NCBI RefSeq assembly: GCF_009834535.1 | Contig: NC_045696.1 | Span: 26,600,001-26,664,000, forward strand | DNA: 64,000 nucleotides | Origin: Camelus ferus | Lineage: Eukaryota | Reading direction: 5' to 3' | In this document: positions 12,900-24,662 of the stretch, piece by piece | Numbering within the stretch: the first letter of the stretch is position 1 | Layout: each line of letters starts with the position of its first letter | The notes under the pieces: model-generated | Seen by the model: only the letters and a program-made list of their open reading frames with translations | The model's database searches: none | Told to the model about the DNA's origin: nothing | Translations under genes and position numbers: made by a program

Positions 12900-13090
12900 C
12901 AATCACTGTGTTGAATATTTTCTCTGTCATTTTAAAATCTACAGACAATCCTGCATATTATACCTTAATAATTTTCATAGGTAAAGAATCTGATGCTTAA
13001 ATTGATTAAATAAATAAATAAACAGATAAAGTCCAAGATTACAAAGTTTGTTAGTGGTGAAGTTGAGATTTGAATTAAAATCTCTGTGCT
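12900..13090 (-). mobile_element. MIR fragment
   Basis: ATTTTCATAGGTAAAGAATCTGATGCTT...GTCCAAGATTACAAAG...TAGTGGTGAAGTTGAGATTTGAA. Confidence 0.6.
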
Positions 13091-14734
13091 AAGGTTAATA
13101 TCATTCTCATTACGCCATATTCCACAAGATGTAAGGCAAAGACATTAAGTGTTTTCTAAGTTACACAGTCTGTTATCTGCTTGTTTGCTTGTAAATGGTA
13201 TATCTATACAAAGAGATATGGATATGATACATGGTTTCTTGTAACACAGTGGGGTCTCGTGAATTTAATAATACATTTTTCCTGTAAAGAGGAATGTAAT
13301 TCAGCTGATTGATTTTCTCCAAGGGATAGATTAGATAAAGGTATCAATGTTGCACATTTAGACAGAGACATCTTAGAATCCAAATGTTAAATTTCTGTAA
13401 AAAGCTAAAAGTAGAAATGTAATCATTTTTAATAAGTCTAAGCTGCTACTAGCAATGTGGAGAATGTTAAAAGGGACATTAATAAAACACTTTGCAGAGC
13501 AAAACAATCAAGATGGATTTGCCAGGAATTAGAGCAACATGATGAAATATAACACAATCAAAAATTACTCGAGTTAATTTATTACAAATAGCTCAGAGTG
13601 GTTAATGAGGACTCCTATCATGTTCTGATAAATTTTAAATCGTTAGTTCAGCTCCCTCTCCTCATATTCTATCTAAATTTCTCTTTATTTCAAGTGCACC
13701 CACCCTTAAAAGTACAGCTGCTGGTTTTTCTCCCACACTTTGAAATGGCTAACAAAATGGCAAATTTATATGTACCGCAGAAAGATCTGCTAGGAAACAC
13801 TGTATATACTTATTTCATTTTAAGGAATGGTATAACTCTTAGGGATGATTTGGTTATATGGTGCATAAACTCCCCCATGACAGTAAACTGCATGCCCACA
13901 TTAAATGAACTAACATAACCCAGATGCCACAAACCGACTGAGTGAAGTTTTCTGTTTAAGCACACATTCATTGCAAAGATGGGGACAGCTTATTCCCCAG
14001 GAAGTATTTACTTACCACAATATCAGGCTTTTTATTGTTCCACCTGCACATTTATTAGAATAAAACCCTGTGTTTAAAGGAAATGTACCCAAGCAACATA
14101 AGGTAGAAGCAGTTAACCACAGGTGTCCTTAAAAAAAAAGGGCATTGAATATCACTAAACTAAGGCAGAGTCAAATGCATCTGATTATGACCAAACTGTG
14201 TAATATTCAATAATCCCCCCCATCCATAGTTTTTGGGAAATGCTACTATACATTGAAAGCAAAAGGATTAATGCCTTGGTTAAGTTTGCCTGGATCTTTG
14301 TTTTTTGCTTTTACCTCCTTTTAACTGTATGAAACATTAGGCCAGTTTGTATCCACTTTAGAAATGAGCTTACCTTCATTGCTTGTATCTTGTATGTATT
14401 GGCAAGGCCACAACCAACAGGACTCACTTGGATTTCAATAGAAACTTCTGTCATCCCATCCTCTGGACTCTGGAAGACTGCAGAGCGTGAGAGAGATTTA
14501 GGGAACTGCCAACACTGACCAACACTCAGGAATGGCGCAGAGTTCACTCTAGTTTTTTTGTAGAAACTGGACTGAAGAAGGAGAAACTGGATATTCTTTG
14601 CATGGACATAATCTCATTTACCTGTCTTTTGTTTGCATTTTTCTACTTGAAAAACATACCAACTACAATGAGCGCAGCGTAGGTGATGATGGAAGATAGT
14701 GGGCAAGGGAAAGAGAAAGAGAAGAGATTTTGTA

Positions 14735-14880
14735 GTAAAAGAGCTGGTTCTGCCTCTGACTAGCTGTATGACCTTGAACAAATCTTTAACCTTCAGACAA
14801 TTCAGCACCACTATGGAATTAAACAAGGCAGTAAATGTAAAGCGTCTAGCTTACAGCTGACTGGATCAGGTAGATACTTA
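14735..14880 (+). mobile_element. MIR fragment
   Basis: GTTCTGCCTCTGACTAGCTGTATGACCTTGAACAAATCTTTAACCT. Confidence 0.7.
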
Positions 14881-15752
14881 ATTTCAAAACGTTATAAAAA
14901 GATTCCAACAAACTGATTTCATTTTACACTTTAGTAGAGGATGCCTAGGATGTGCTCTTAGTGTATCACTAAAATATATGCTGGAAAACATCTTTCACCA
15001 AGTTTGCCCTTGGTGAAAAAAAAAAAGGCTATATTCCTATAATGCTTTTTAGGAGGTCATTTTGTAAGTCCTCAGGACTTTAAAACAAGTTCCTTGAAAT
15101 CATGGTGTAAGTTATGCATCACAAGAATTCAGTATTTAAGTGTTGTTAAATTAACTCACTACAAAAGAGTGTTCCTTTGAACTGATGCAGTAACTCTGTC
15201 GTTTTGCTTCTTGGAAAGAATACCAGCCAGAAGGATTTTGAATACGCAAAGTAGACTGAAATATTTGCAAAGATTGCATTCAAATTAAGGGACAGTAACC
15301 AGATGGTTCTGTAGCCTTTGGTCTGGCATCTATCTAGGAGAATATGCAGTTAAAGCCCACGTGTCCATCATAGGGTTCCTGGGCCCCAAGGAAACGCAAC
15401 TGCCACTTAGATGGATCTTTTGTATCAAAGTCTTGCATCTTTTCCTAGTATTACTTCCCTTTCAGTCCATAAAGACAACCCAGTCAGTGTCTGAGACCTG
15501 AAGAGTCCAGAACAATTTCTCCAATTTTTACCACCTGGTGAGTTGACACCCAGAGATAAACGTAAGGGGATTATTCTCTATGTCAAAAGCTTCATTTCTT
15601 TCCTGAGGGTCTAGGAGTTGCAGGTGGTTGGTGACAATGAAGAAAGTGTATGTGCTTGAAAGTCAGCAAGGTTCCTTGTAGACGGCACCTTACAGCACCA
15701 TGGCATACAGGAGTAGAGACACAGAATTTAGCACAGGAAACCTCTGCCTCCA

Positions 15753-16269
15753 TGAAATAAGGAAGAACAAATCTGACTCCGTATTAGATCTGTTCCTTTA
15801 GCTCTAACCCTGGGCTCTGTTTCCTGGGCTTAGTCTTGCTGGTTCTGCACCTTTTGTACAAGAAGTTTGCCTGTAGCCTGAAATATACAGGAGAGCCCGT
15901 TCTTAAGGCTCTGACCTCCAAGGGTATAAAACTTTCCCATTCATATAGAAGTAAAAAGCTGCAACACAGAGAATAACATTTTTCTTGTTGGAGGTTTACA
16001 GGAATACTGTGATCCTGAACTATGTGGACACTATAAGAATAAAGAATTCCAACACCAAGAAGTTTGCAACAAACAAACCATTTCCCCTTTTTAGTATAAA
16101 AGGAGCCTGAATTCTGACTTAGGTAAGATGGTTCTTCAGGGCATGATTCCTCCCATCTTCTCTATCTGCTGCCTTTCTAAATGAAGTTGTTATTCCTTGC
16201 CCCAACACCTCATCTCCCAATTTACTGGCTTGTTGTGTGGTGAGGAGAACAAGTTTGGACTCGTCAACA
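15753..16269 (+). mobile_element. Solo LTR, ERV1 class
   Basis: TG...CA termini, exact 4-bp TSD TCCA (15749-15752 and 16270-16273), TATAAAA at 16095-16101, 517 bp long. Confidence 0.88.
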
Positions 16270-16724
16270 TCCACTTGTCCCTTGGAAGATTCCCCAAATA
16301 ACTGTAACAATAATACATGATTAGAGACATGTGATCTGGGCTGAAGCAGGACACTTTGACAAGACAATATTGAGATGTGACCAATCTGAGACAGGGAAGA
16401 TTTTGAAGCAAAATGTAGTATTATGGTTTTTGGTTACCAGAAGATGCAAGAAACACACATCTGACCTTTCTTGTGGCTGACTCTGGTAAAGACAGTCCAT
16501 TTCTATTCACGTATTTCTTTTAAAAAATTATTTAAGAAATCATATACGTATTACTTTGGTAATCAGAAAAATAAAATAATAAGATCATTATTATAAATTA
16601 ATTAGAAATGTCTCTAAGGGCATTTCACCCATAATTCAAATCATGTTCAAATAAGAGTTTGTTAAAAACAACAGTTCAGGCATAAAATGGATTCAGCAAA
16701 GAAGTGAGGATTTCTGTTTTAGAC

Positions 16725-16737
16725 GTTGCCTGGCAAC
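16725..16737. promoter_or_regulatory. Palindromic RFX X-box motif
   Basis: GTTGCC-T-GGCAAC fits the consensus GTNRCC-N0-3-RGYAAC exactly; motif only. Confidence 0.4.
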
Positions 16738-16964
16738 AAGAACAGTTTGTTTCCTTGCTTGTTATTTGTTTATTTTTCCATCCATCCATCCATCCATTTA
16801 TTTACTTAATGAGTAGGATGATGATGGGTCCTTTGTTAAAGTGTAGCACATTGAAGAGCAAACCTGTATCAACATGGCTGACCAGCCAGAAGTTGAGGCC
16901 ATTGGGCATGTCTTAGGTCCAGCAGTTGGGCCCACTGAAATGTATTTATTTAAGAGGGAAATTG

Positions 16965-17075
16965 TCTTCCTTCCTCCCTTCCATCCATCCATCCCTCCTT
17001 TTAATCTTCCTTCTGTCCTTTCTCCCTTCTTCCCTTCCCTTCTCTTCCTTTTCCTTTCCTTTCATTCTTTTTACT
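16965..17075. repeat. CT-rich low-complexity tract
   Basis: CTTCC/CCAT-rich polypyrimidine run. Confidence 0.85.
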
Positions 17076-17077
17076 TG

Positions 17078-17880
17078 CTATTTTCCAATAATTTTAGAAT
17101 TAAAGAAATACTGCAAAGTTAGTGCAGAGCATTCACATATACCTTTCCTCTGACATTAAAAAATTACAGAGCCGTTATATAATTATCAAAATGAGGAAAT
17201 TAATATTAGTACAATACTATTAACTAAACTACAGGTCATGTTCCAGTTTCACCAGTTTTTTCACTATTATTGTCCTATGTTCCAGGAAACAATTTAGGAT
17301 CTCACATTGCATTGATTTTGACTCTTAAGTCTCCTCCAATCTGAGACAGTTCTTCAGTCACTCCTTGTGTTTCATAACCTTGGTATTTGGATAAGGACTG
17401 GCCAGTTATTTTTTAGCATGTCTTTCAATTTGGGTTTGTCTGATATTTGCTCATGATTAGATTGAGGTTATGCATTTTGGCAAGAATACCACAAAAATGT
17501 TATTGTCTCTTTTTTGGGGCATCTATCCTGAGGGCAGGTAGTGTTGGTATGTCTAGTCATTGATCTCTTGGTTATAGTGGTGTCTGCTAAGTTTCTCACA
17601 TAAAATTATTATGTTTTACTTTGTAATTGATAAGGCAGATACTTCAGAGAAATATTTTGAGACTATGCAAATATCTCTTTTTCTTCAAACTTTTGCCCCC
17701 TGATGTAAGCATATATTAGTGGAATTTATTTTCTGCAACAGTTATTACTGTAGTGTTTGCCTATGGTGATTTTCTATTTCCTTCATTTCTTTTATATTTT
17801 GTAAAATTTGAATTTGTCTTTAATGAAAGTCTGCCCCTTCTCAATTTATGTAATTATTTACATTGGTATGGACTCATGAA
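17078..17880 (-). mobile_element. Old L1 3'UTR (L1MC4/5-like)
   Basis: Antisense motifs AATACTATTAACTAAACTACAG and TTGGGTTTGTCTGAT...CTCATGATTAGATTGAGGTTATGCATTTTGGCAAGAATACCAC. Confidence 0.8.
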
Positions 17881-17883
17881 TAT

Positions 17884-18072
17884 TATGGGAATCTGAAAAA
17901 TGGCCCCCCAAAAGGTATCCATGTCCTAATTTCTGGAACCTATAAATGTGACCTTACATAGCTCAAAACATGATTATATTCTGGGTTTGAGATGAAGAGA
18001 GTATCCTGGATTATGTGGATATGTCCAAATGCTATCACATGCATCTGTATAAGAAAGAGTCAGAGAGAGAAT
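17884..18072 (+). mobile_element. MaLR LTR (MLT1A-D-like), 5' part only
   Basis: AATGGCCCCCCAAAAGGTATCCATGTCCTAATTTCTGGAACCTATAAATGTGACCTTAC; same start as the LTR at 32303. Confidence 0.8.
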
Positions 18073-18074
18073 TT

Positions 18075-18540
18075 CCTGCATTCCATCCCTTTCTCAGCCA
18101 ACTCTTATAGGTAACAAATTTCTTGAGTTTCTATTTTTGTTCTTTCTGCATTTATTCTGCACAAATAAGTAGATAAATGTATTTTCTTACATTCTTTCTT
18201 TCTTACAAGAAGGGTAGGCTGTTCTTTTGCAATTTGCTTTTCTCACTTAACAATATATCATGGAAATTTCCTCCATCATTTCACAAAGAACGTTTGTATT
18301 GTACTCCATTCTGTGACTGTACCATAACTTACTCAACCATTCTCCCATATGTGAGTTTTGAGATAGTTCCCAGTATTTTGTAACTATAAACATTGCTGGA
18401 ATGAACAACCATGTGTATATGTTCATTTCCATATTGTTTGAGCCTTACCTTTAGGGTAGATTCTTAGAAGTGGGGTTTCTGGGTAAAAAGATAATTGCAC
18501 CATATGTAGTTTTGTTAGGTATTGACAAAATTTCTTTCAG
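18075..18540 (-). mobile_element. Old L1 (L1ME-like) ORF2 end / 3'UTR fragment
   Basis: TTGCTTTTCTCACTTAACAATATATCATGG...GGGTAGATTCTTAGAAGTGGGGTTTCTGGGT. Confidence 0.75.
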
Positions 18541-19954
18541 GCAATCAGGCTCCAGAGCACAACTCAAAACCATAAACTGCATTACATAGTGGTTAAGAGT
18601 TTAATTTTCTGAAATACAAAATATTATTTATCTGGAAACATAAGAAACATCCACACAACATAGTTGTGGAAAAGACATTTTAAGAATGTCTATTCGCTTT
18701 TTTTCAATCAGATCATTATCATAATGACTTGCTACATTGTTCAGTATGTGATGATGGTATAGTCCACCAGCTTATGAAAGTTTGTTGAGTGAATTCTTTG
18801 TGGACTAATGTACATAATGTAGACAAGTGTGTAGATCACAAAGAATGATAACAGTGAGTCATCTTGCTGGTGTAATGAGTTTCAGTGGTCCTTGCATGCT
18901 TACATATTTAGGAATCTAAAATCTCTTTCAAAGTATTGAATTGAAATTATGCTAATATAAATAATGTATTCAATTTCTTAGCCATTATAATGTTAAGACA
19001 ATAATACACCCAAGAAAATGCATTCAGATGTCTGGTGCAAGATCAGATCTTTTCAATATTTATCTCCCTTGTAGTTAAAATGTCTAAGTTGGGAATGATT
19101 GATCAATCAGATCAGGAGAGGACCTGTATAATATTGATAAATTATTTGTCACTGCAGCAAATGATTGGATCATAATAAGGAATAAAGTCCTCAGGGGTCC
19201 CTCTAATCTTTTTTTTTTCTTTTGCTGCACATGGAATTCATGGGGAAGGTGATGTGGAAAGAGAAGACAGCATCCATCTCAGGAGACGAGAGATGGCACA
19301 GGAGCAACCTGAGATTACAAGAAACACAAATCAAGTGAGTAGCCTGGTGTGAAGGAAATGTAGCATGACACTGGGAAGTCAGCAGGTTGTGCTCAGCAGA
19401 ATGAAACTTTCCACTCGGTGCTTTCAGAAGTTATCATGAAAAATTAAAGTGATATGAGGGTACTTTTAGTGTGGGTAGTAGTCTCAGGAAAAATGTTTAT
19501 TATTGAGACTGTTATGGAAGAAATAGAAACAAGATAGCCAGGAGAAAAGGGTTCTAACACCTTATTTGAATGGTTAAACAATGATTATTGAATCAAGGAG
19601 AGTTCTGAACATATGACCAATAATTAACTGCTAATAACTAAGATTCAGGTGCTATAATAACATGTACCATAAGATCATGTCAAAGTTTTCCTGAAACACT
19701 CTTAAATACTTAAATTTACTGAAATACTTATATAGAAATGTCATTTGAGTCCCTGTAAATAATAAACAAAATATGACTAAAGTATTAATTTGATTTTTGA
19801 TTTCCATTAAAATCAATCTATAAAAATATTCTATTGACCTTTCTTCACTGCTAGTGGTCTTGTAAATTTGCATAATTCCTTTGGTTATTTTTAGAAATAT
19901 TGAAAATGGACATAACCTCGCTCAGCACTGCACTTTCAGATATACTTGAAAGAA

Positions 19955-20490
19955 GGGCCTCACAAGAATGTTCATTTTAGCATTTTCTATAATGGTGAAA
20001 AGCTGGAAATCACAAGAATGTCCAGCAATAGGAGAATTGATGAATATGTTGTTTTAGAGTCATATAATTGGAATAGTATATAGCAGTTAAATTAATTAAT
20101 CAAAGCTACATAAATCATAAATATCTACTTAAGAAAAAAAGCAAGTTATAGAATTGTGAATATGTATAATACTATTTATAGAACTTTAAAAATATGACCC
20201 AAAGAATATATACATGTTGATTCATACATGTATATGTTGTCTAGTATTAGAAAATATGCTTGGAAATGACAAATAGCAAGTCAAGGGAGTGTTTACCTCT
20301 TGGGAGGAAGAGGGAAATGGAATGGTGTTCATTAGGGGTACATAAAAGAATTCAGCTTATCTCCAGAATTTTATTCAGTAAAAAATTTAATATGAGTATG
20401 GAAAAAATTTGAATTTGTAGGTGATATTTATTAAAATAATAGTAATGTTTAAGCCTTTCTCTAGCTTACAATATTTCAAAATAAAAAATA
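19955..20490 (+). mobile_element. Old L1 (L1ME-like) 3' fragment
   Basis: CACAAGAATGTTCATTTTAGCATT...AAAAGCTGGAAAT...ATGTCCAGCAATAGGAGAATTG. Confidence 0.75.
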
Positions 20491-21829
20491 TTGCTTAAAA
20501 ATTCCCTTCACCCAACAATTCTGATCTGTTTCCACACACCCAGTTCATTTTCCCATAAAATTATAGGCGCTAGGTAAAATACAGATACATTTATGTAAGA
20601 AATTCTAGGTTTCATAGAACTTGACTATTTCATCAGTTAAATTTCTCTCTATGAAGACCACATTAAATTCTATACAAAAACTGTTCTTTGTGGCTGAAAT
20701 TGAGGTATGATTACCTATTTTTTTTGTATATCACATTCTCTTTGTTGATGATAGTAGATAATCCACAACAGGTAAATTTTGTAATAATAACTGTATGCAG
20801 TGAAAGTTTGGTGGGATATAATAGGTTGAATTTAAAATAATGATCTATATCTACCTGGACGTTTATGTGTGTTGCCAACCAATGTTGTATAAAGTAACCT
20901 AGAAATCAGTCTCAGGGTGGAAAGAAATCAACTTCTACTAAAAAAATGTTGTAGACACTACACAAATGGTAATTAAGGGAGTATGTTATCAATATGTAAA
21001 GATGAAAGGAATGACAAATCAGTAGACTTTTCTAACATTTAGAGATTCACTCATTAAGAACTTTTGTTAAAATCGAGAAAATATAGTTTAGTAATGTTTA
21101 AGGCACAAATTTGGAAAAAAGTAATCTTTATAGAATAAATTTGGTAGCTCAGTTCAAAAAGAATTATAAAATACAGAAACCATACTATCAGGCTTAAATA
21201 AAATTTGACACATCCAATTATAGTGATATGAAACATTTTAAGCCATAAATTGTATGTGATTATATTACTCCTCTTAATAAAAATTTTACCACAAGCTTTT
21301 TAATATAAGTTCCACCAAATTATTAATATAACTGAGACTTCATTCTGTACATCTGAATATCAGACATGAAAAGAAATTAATGTTTAACATTTAAGTGTAT
21401 ACTTAATTATTTAGTTTTTCATTTGGAATTAGGTGCCAGCAATTTTTGATCATCAACTTATAATTCAGTGTTGGAGGTACGTGTCATTTATTTAAGAAAT
21501 ACTCTGCTTTCTTTGCTTGTATTTCATGGATGGAGGAACTGAGATTTTCATCCCCACTATGGTTCATATTTTGAAGTATGTAGATAGATACGTATTTTAG
21601 TCCCGAGAGGTTTTTATAAATGCGTTGTGATGCTAAATGCCATTTCTATACTGGCAGTAGTCATTTTACCTCGAATCACAAAACAGAATGCAAATGGTTT
21701 TATTCAATGTGTAAAGAGGCATTGCCAAGAATAAGAAAAGTGTATGTCTGGTGGTCATTAACATGAAGGTGACAATGCGTATAGACTAAATGCCACGCAC
21801 ACAACGAACCACAGGACAAAAATGTATAG

Positions 21830-23450
21830 AAGAAATTCTGCCATGAGGAAATAATGGCACTGGACATATCACCCCAATGGAAACAAACAGAAAACTGGGC
21901 AAAATGTATGAAACAGCTCTTTTCAGACATTAAAAAACAGCATAAATCTGTGTTCATTAAGGAAAAATACACTTTAAATTCAAACACATAGTAAGTTAAG
22001 AGTAAAAGGATAGAAAAAAATGAAACCATGCAAATACAAAACATAAGAGAGCTGAGTTGACTGTGTGAATATCAGACAAAATCAAATTTAGGGAAAGCGG
22101 TGTAATCAGGGATAAGCAGACATTTTATAAAAAATAAAAAGGTTAATTTATATGTATGTTCATGTATGGCTGAAGCGTTATGCTGTACACCAGAAGTTGA
22201 TGCAACATTGCAAACTAACTATAACTATACTTCAATTAAAAAAAATGTGTATATGTAAAACATGACAATCCTAAAGAGTATATGCATGGTAGAACTGCTT
22301 AAAAGTACTTGAGGTAAAACTGGACATACCTGAAAGGAGAAACAGACACTTCCCCAGTTAGAGTTGGAGGCTACAGCTCTCTTCTTTCTGTAATTGACAG
22401 AACAAGCAGAAAAAAAAATCAGAAAGAATCTAGAAGATGTGGACATTATTACCTAACATGATCTAATTGACATTTAGAAAACACCCCATTCAGCAACGAC
22501 AAAATACATGTCCTTTTCAAGTGTGCATGAAATACTCACCATAATAGATATGTATGAGGCCATAAGACACACCACATTTAAAAGGGTGGAAGATTTTAAA
22601 AGGTGGAAATTATACCGAATGTGTTCTATGACACCTAAGAGGAATACAAACTGGAAAGAATGGAGTAAAACTGTCTTTCTTTGCAGAAAACATGATACGA
22701 ACACAGAAAATACTAAGAAATGTAAGTTTGAAATTTGCACTTCTTGGGGAGTGATGGAAATAGTAACTGTCTTGATTGTGGTGGTGGTTTCATTGGTGTA
22801 TACAACTATCAAAATTCATCAAATTGTACATCTGAAGTATGTGTAGTTTACTGTACAGGAATCATAGACTACTAGAACAAGTATTTCAGTTTAGCAAAAT
22901 CACTGGAATAAACAACAATATATCAAGTTCAACTGGGTTTTTATATTCTAGCAATGAAAATCTGGAAAATAAAACTTAAAATTATACTTATGATAACATC
23001 AAAATATTAAATTAGAGATATATATTATAAAAAGATATATAAAAATTGCCAATATATTTGGAAATTAAGCATTTCAGTTCTGTAAACTTCATTAGTAAGA
23101 TAAGAACTCAAGAGAGGTTAGAAAATATTTTATCCTGAATAGTATTAAAAGCATAGCATATCAAAATTTGTGGGATATAGCTAAAGAAGTGCTTAGGATA
23201 AATTTGTAAATGCTTTATTAGAAGGGGGAAATGCCAATATCAATGTTCTAAGCTTCTATCTCAAGAAGTATAAAAGGAAAGCAAATTAATCCTGCATAAA
23301 TAAAAACATAAAACTTAAAATGACAAGAATGAAAAAAATGAATGTCAAATTAGGTAAACAATTAGAGAAAATTAATGAAACCAAAAGCCAGCTCCACCCC
23401 CCCCAAAAGCCTAAGTTTTACTATACGTAAATTTTAAAAATGAATAAAAA
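21830..23450 (+). mobile_element. Mosaic of old L1 fragments (ORF2 endonuclease region with nested pieces)
   Basis: AAGTTAAGAGTAAAAGGATAGAAAAAA...ATATCAGACAAAAT, and TTTTCAAGTGTGCATGAAATACTCACCA (FSSVHEILT, compare L1 EN FSSAHGTFS). Confidence 0.85.
22149..22245 (+). mobile_element. Short younger L1 3' end inside the older L1
   Basis: TATATGTATGTTCATGTATGGCTGAAGCGTTATGCTGTACACCAGAA...ACTTCAATTAAAAAAA; related to the copies at 47638 and 55347. Confidence 0.8.
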
Positions 23451-23779
23451 TTTTGAATGCTTTGAATTGGTACTATGACAATGTTTTATAATAACATTGT
23501 ATTTTATGAACCATCATACACATCCCATGGTGGACTTTCCACTTCTTTCCACCTTTTCACACTGCCCCATCATGGCACTACATTGTGTCATGACGTATTT
23601 GTAGATGGACTCAGCCCAGCCTGCTCATTTCCCGTCACCTGCCCAGTTGGATTCAGGCAGATTTGCCAGAAAATGACAGCCAGGGATTCCATTACATTTT
23701 AAGATTTGAGTCAGAAAAGTCAGTGCTTCATTTACTAATAAAATATTTGTAAAGAATTTGTTGGATTACTAATGACAAA

Positions 23780-23970
23780 GTACTTTTGTGTATATGTACT
23801 GAATTCTCACTGTACTAGGAACAGGGTAAGGCAAGTCATATTATTCCCACTTTAAGGAAAAGAAAGTGAAACAAAAAAATTAAGTGATTTATCCAAAGTC
23901 AGTAAGATAATAAGTAGAGGAGACTCAATATTGGTCTTTAATGCCAAGCCTTGTTCTCTTTCCACTTCAG
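23780..23970 (-). mobile_element. MIR fragment
   Basis: TATTATTCCCACTTTAAGGAAAAGAAAGTGAAAC...TAAGTGATTTATCCAAAGTC. Confidence 0.65.
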
Positions 23971-24214
23971 TGATAAAATCCTAAAGAATTCTGATCATCC
24001 CAGTCAGGTCAATAAATCTTCACTAACATTAACCAGGTGCTCAGGACTGTGTAGCTATTGTAAGGGAAGCACAGAAAATATTCTCTACCCTCCAGAGTTT
24101 TAGAATGTAACTGGATATTTACACAAAAATAAGTGAGAAGATGGTAGTAAAGAACAGTCCATAAAAAGACAGGAAACCCAGAGGCTGTTTTTTATGCATT
24201 TGCTTATTTTTTTA

Positions 24215-24530
24215 ACTTGGGAAATTGAACTGCTGCTATTCATGATAACATGAATGAATCTTGCAAATAAATAAGAGCCAAAGAAGCCAGGCACATAAAA
24301 GTGTATTTTGTATGATTCCATTTATGAGATTCCAAACCAGGCAAAACCAATTAAGGGTGGGTGGAAGTTATAAGAGTAGTTAACTTTGGGAAAATATTGA
24401 CTAGAAGATGATGAGGGAGGCTTCTGTTTGCTGGTAATATTATATACCTGAACCAGCGTGGTGGTTATATGAGTGTATTCATTTGTAGATTTCTTAAGAA
24501 CTATGTTTAAGATTTGTGAACTTTACTATG
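24215..24530 (+). mobile_element. Old L1 (L1ME-like) 3'UTR fragment
   Basis: ACATGAATGAATCTTGCAAATA...AAGAAGCCAGGCAC...TATGATTCCATTTATG. Confidence 0.8.
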
Positions 24531-24662
24531 TTTTTTTTTGGAGGGGGGAGGTAATTAGTTTCATTTGTTTGTTTGTTTATTTAAATAGAGGTACTGGGGA
24601 TTGAACCTAGGACCTCGTGCCTACTAGGCACGCACTCTACCACTGAGCTATACCCTCCGCCC
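24531..24662 (-). mobile_element. tRNA-derived SINE, camelid vic-1-like, well preserved
   Basis: Minus strand GGGCGGAGGGTATAGCTCAGTGGTAGAGTGCGTGCCTAGTAGGCACGAGGTCCTAGGTTCAATCCCCAGTACCTC with intact A box and B box, (AAAC)n and A tail. Confidence 0.92.

Noticed and set aside
16739..16753. Steroid-response-element-like AGAACAnnnTGTTTC
   Set aside because: The second half-site departs from TGTTCT at the key C.
18640..19600. Possible CR1/L3 remnant or exon ending CAA|GTGAGT
   Set aside because: Similarity too weak to assign by eye, and no clear acceptor or reading frame.
24590..24662. tRNA gene
   Set aside because: The tRNA-like head runs straight into a SINE body and A tail, with a related copy at 10651; it is a SINE.
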